Shown here: positions 7,325 through 10,179 of the stretch, piece after piece
Numbering within the stretch: position 1 is the first letter of the stretch
Layout of the letters: each line of letters begins with the position of its first letter
From: a virus
Taxonomy: Duplodnaviria > Heunggongvirae > Uroviricota > Caudoviricetes
DNA length: 10,179 bases
Virus record (IMG/VR): IMGVR_UViG_2778261689_000005
Reading direction: 5' to 3' (one strand)
Made by a program: the position numbers and the translations under genes
Notes under the pieces: generated by a model
What the model was told of the DNA's origin: nothing
The model's input: only the letters and a program-made list of their open reading frames with translations
Databases searched by the model: none

Positions 7325-7346
7325 CGCTGCCGCCATTTTGTCGCCA
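7325..7346. repeat. attR core candidate: 22-bp direct repeat CGCTGCCGCCATTTTGTCGCCA, immediately after the ogr stop
   Basis: Partner of 19..40, 21 of 22 identical. Marks the ogr-proximal end of the element; sequence beyond it is host intergenic DNA leading to the ybjL terminator. Confidence 0.6.
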
Positions 7347-7400
7347 TCGTTAAAAAACAGTGCTTCTAACATCATGATTTTAAACAGCTTAAATTTCAGG

Positions 7401-7447
7401 CAACAAAAAACCCATCAACCTTGAACCGAAATGGCGGGGTTGATGGG
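7401..7447 (-). terminator. Rho-independent terminator candidate downstream of ybjL
   Basis: Perfect 10-bp inverted repeat CCCATCAACC (7411-7420) and GGTTGATGGG (7438-7447), followed on the minus strand by TTTTTTGTTG (complement of 7401-7410). Loop is long (17 nt) but can pair internally. Lies about 113 nt past the ybjL stop. Confidence 0.4.
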
Positions 7448-7559
7448 CTCCACAAAATGGGGACATCAAAGAAAAGCAGTGGCACTAATTAAGACTGATG
7501 CCCTGCGGAAAAGTTCTGCGGTTGTGCAAAAAAATTTCATTTTCAGGGCAACTTCAGTT

Positions 7560-9245
7560 TTATCCTAATCCTGGCCATACCATGACGATGATTGTCCCTG
7601 CCAGCGTCAGCAGGACGTTGGCGATTGCATAGGTGCCCGCATAGCCCAGCGCCGGGATGTTACTGCGAGCTGTATCACTGATGATCTCCATTGCCGGCGC
7701 GCAGGTACGTGCGCCCATCATTGCGCCGAACAACAGCGCGCGGTTCATTCGCAATACATAAGCACCGAACAAGAAACAGATAACCACGGGCACCAGACTG
7801 ACAATCAATCCGGCAATCAACATCTGACCGCCAATCGCGCCCAGGCCGTTATTAATACCGCTACCGGCGCTCAGACCAACGCCTGCCATAAACACCATCA
7901 AGCCGAACTCTTTCACCATGCTTAATGCACCCTGCGGAATGTAACCGAAGGTCGGGTGGTTAGCACGCATAAAGCCCAGCATAATTCCGGCGAATAACAA
8001 CCCGGCAGCGTTCCCCATGCCGAAACTGAATGTGCTGAACTGGAAGGTGATCATCCCGATCATCAGCCCAATAACAAAGAAGGCGCAGAATGCCAGCAGG
8101 TCAGTGACCTGGCTGTGAATCGAGATAAAGCCGATGCGATCGGCGATGGTTTTTACGCGGCGGGCATCGCCGCTGACTTGTAAAACGTCACCTTTGTTAA
8201 GCACGACGTTGTCATCTATCGGCATCTCAATCTGGCTACGAATGACGCGGTTAAGGAAGCAACCGTGATCGGTCAACTTCAGTTGTGCGAGACGTTTACC
8301 TACAGCGTTATGGTTTTTAACGACCACTTCTTCAGTGACGATACGCATGTCGAGAAGGTCACGATCGAAAACTTCTTTACCGTTACGGAAGCTGGGATCG
8401 AGTCGGGCATGGGCGTCGGGATAGCCTACCAACGCTATTTCATCGCCCATTTGTAGCACGGCATCACCGTCTGGATTTGCCAGAATCCCGTTACGTCGAA
8501 TACGTTCAATGTAGCAGCCGGTTTGTCGATAAATACCCAGTTCACGCAGATTTTTGCCGTCGGTCCAGGCCACCAGTTCCGGGCCGACGCGATAGGCGCG
8601 GATCACCGGTAAATAAACCTTACGGTTGGCATCAGTGTCCAGGCCACGTTCGCGGGCGATTTGCTGGGCGCTGGTCTGTAAGTCCTGATGCTGCAATTTC
8701 GGCAAGTAACGCGCACCAACAATCAAACTCACCAGACCGATTAAATAGGTTAAGGCATACCCGAGGCTCAGATTATCCAGTGCCAGTGAGAGCTGCCTGC
8801 TTTCCATGCCGGAATGACGCAGTGTATCGCCAGCACCGACCAGAACCGGTGTCGACGTCATAGAGCCTGCTAACATACCGGCCGTCAGGCCAATATCCCA
8901 GCCAAACAGCTTACCTAACCCTAAGGCGATCACCAGCGCACTGCCAACCATCACCAGTGCTAACATTAGGTAATTTTTCCCATCGCGAAAAAAAATGGAA
9001 AAAAAGTTCGGTCCGGCTTCGACCCCGACGCAGAAAATAAACAGCATAAAGCCAAGATTAAGCGCATCGGTGTTAATGCTGAAATGTTGTTGGCCTAATA
9101 ACAGCGATACGACTAAAACGCCAATGGAATTACCCAGTTGGATCGAACCAAGTCGTAACTTTCCGAGACATAGCCCAAGCGCGAGGACCACAAATAATAA
9201 CAGAATGTAATTCCCATTTAACAATTCGGCGACGTTTATATTCAC
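7560..9245 (-). CDS. ybjL: Putative transport protein YbjL (AAE-family membrane transporter with two cytoplasmic RCK_C/TrkA-C-type domains), 561 aa
   Basis: Full-length ORF; sequence ([34 protein letters not shown]...) recognised as E. coli YbjL. GTG start at 9243-9245 (minus). Hydrophobic N- and C-terminal halves flank a soluble central region. Confidence 0.95.
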
Positions 9246-9514
9246 GGAGGCTAACTTCTTGTTTACTAGTAAGCTGTTGAAAGAAATGGTAATTTACGAT
9301 AATGTTTTTTACCAGAATTCAGGGCGCAGATTCATTCAGCGCACCTAAACGATAGTAAAGTAACAATATATTTTACTAGTGTAATCACATTAGGTATCAA
9401 CGGCTATATGAATTGCGTTGGCCTATATTAGCATGGAATGCGAAGCGGCTTTATCTTACTGAACGCCACACTGGCGAAAAATGTGTTCGATAGACGCAGT
9501 GTCAGGAGGAACGA

Positions 9515-9892
9515 GTGAAACATAAACAACGTTGGGCGGGGGCAATCTGCTGTTTTGTCCTCTTCATTGTGGTGTGCCTTTTTCTGGCGACGCACATGAA
9601 AGGCGCTTTTCGGGCTGCCGGGCATCCTGAAATCGGCTTGCTATTTTTCATTCTTCCTGGAGCAGTCGCCAGCTTCTTTTCACAGCGTAGAGAAGTCCTG
9701 AAACCTCTGTTTGGCGCAATGCTGGCGGCACCCTGTTCGATGCTCATTATGCGGCTGTTTTTTTCACCGACGCGCTCATTCTGGCAAGAGCTGGCATGGT
9801 TACTAAGCGCGGTGTTCTGGTGTGCGCTGGGGGCACTGTGTTTCTTATTTATCAGTAGTTTGTTTAAACCACAGCACAGAAAAAATCAGTAA
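9515..9892 (+). CDS. ybjM: Inner membrane protein YbjM, 125 aa
   Basis: GTG start at 9515 with AGGAGG about 5 nt upstream. Strongly hydrophobic sequence recognised as E. coli YbjM. Divergent from ybjL and convergent with grxA, as in E. coli. Confidence 0.9.
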   Translation: MKHKQRWAGAICCFVLFIVVCLFLATHMKGAFRAAGHPEIGLLFFILPGAVASFFSQRREVLKPLFGAMLAAPCSMLIMRLFFSPTRSFWQELAWLLSAVFWCALGALCFLFISSLFKPQHRKNQ

Positions 9893-9912
9893 AGCCCTCA
9901 ACGCGAGGGCTT
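9892..9912. terminator. Hairpin between convergent ybjM and grxA; likely grxA terminator, possibly bidirectional
   Basis: AAGCCCTC (9892-9899), 5-nt loop, GAGGGCTT (9905-9912). On the minus strand it is followed by a T-rich run (complement of 9881-9891). Overlaps the ybjM stop codon. Confidence 0.5.
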
Positions 9913-9921
9913 GTCAGACGA

Positions 9922-10179
9922 TCAGGCGTCCAGATTTTCTTTCACCCATGCAGCAAAATCGGTATAGCCGCCGATATGTTGCTGATCGACAAAAATCTGC
10001 GGCACGGTTTCTACGGGTTTACCTGCCTTTTGTTGTAGATCTTCTTTAGTGATCCCTTCCGCACGAATATCTACATACTGATACTGAAAATCATCGCGTT
10101 CATTGCTCAATTTCTCAGCCAGATCTTTTGCACGCACACAGTAAGGGCAACCCGAACGACCAAAAATAACGGTTTGCAT
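9922..10179 (-). CDS. grxA: Glutaredoxin 1, 85 aa
   Basis: Full-length ORF ending at the window edge. CPYC active-site motif (MQTVIFGRSGCPYCVRAKDLAEKL...) and overall sequence recognised as E. coli GrxA. Confidence 0.95.
   Translation of the reverse strand: MQTVIFGRSGCPYCVRAKDLAEKLSNERDDFQYQYVDIRAEGITKEDLQQKAGKPVETVPQIFVDQQHIGGYTDFAAWVKENLDA

Larger units (their letters stand above)
19..7346. mobile_element. Defective P2/186-family prophage remnant: int, cI, apl, cII, early ORFs, traR-like, dam, truncated A, partial D, ogr
   Basis: Gene content and order match the immunity/early region and att-proximal right end of P2-like phages; bounded by the 22-bp direct repeat. No capsid, tail (other than the D fragment), lysis or cos region present. 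Confidence 0.75.

Noticed and set aside
8265-9210. Plus-strand ORFs 8265..8456, 8477..8863 and 8995..9210 inside ybjL
   Set aside because: Antisense to a full-length, recognised host membrane transporter gene.
9428-10049. ORFs 9428..9625(-), 9502..9747(-) and 9822..10049(+) around ybjM and grxA
   Set aside because: Antisense to or overlapping recognised host genes ybjM and grxA.
1-10179. CRISPR arrays, insertion sequences or other short tandem repeat arrays
   Set aside because: No regularly spaced direct repeats, no transposase-like ORF and no terminal inverted repeats seen; the only significant long repeat is the 22-bp att pair.

Overview
Enterobacterial (E. coli-like) chromosome carrying a ~7.3 kb defective P2/186-family prophage remnant (about 19..7346), followed by the host genes ybjL, ybjM and grxA. 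The remnant is bounded by a 22-bp direct repeat (19..40 and 7325..7346, 21/22 identical) that I read as the attL/attR core. It retains a complete lysogeny/early-control module: integrase, a 186-type CI repressor, Apl/Cox, 186-type CII, several small early ORFs, a TraR/DksA-like zinc finger and a Dam-family adenine methyltransferase, plus an intact Ogr late activator. Replication gene A is truncated before its catalytic domain and abuts, out of frame, the C-terminal part of tail gene D, so the rest of A and all morphogenesis genes appear deleted. The most unusual item is a 63-codon ORF for a predicted secreted, cysteine- and lysine-rich peptide wedged between cI and int in the lysogenic operon. 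I see no novel multi-gene system beyond this; all calls rest on reading the sequence and recalled family features, with no database search.
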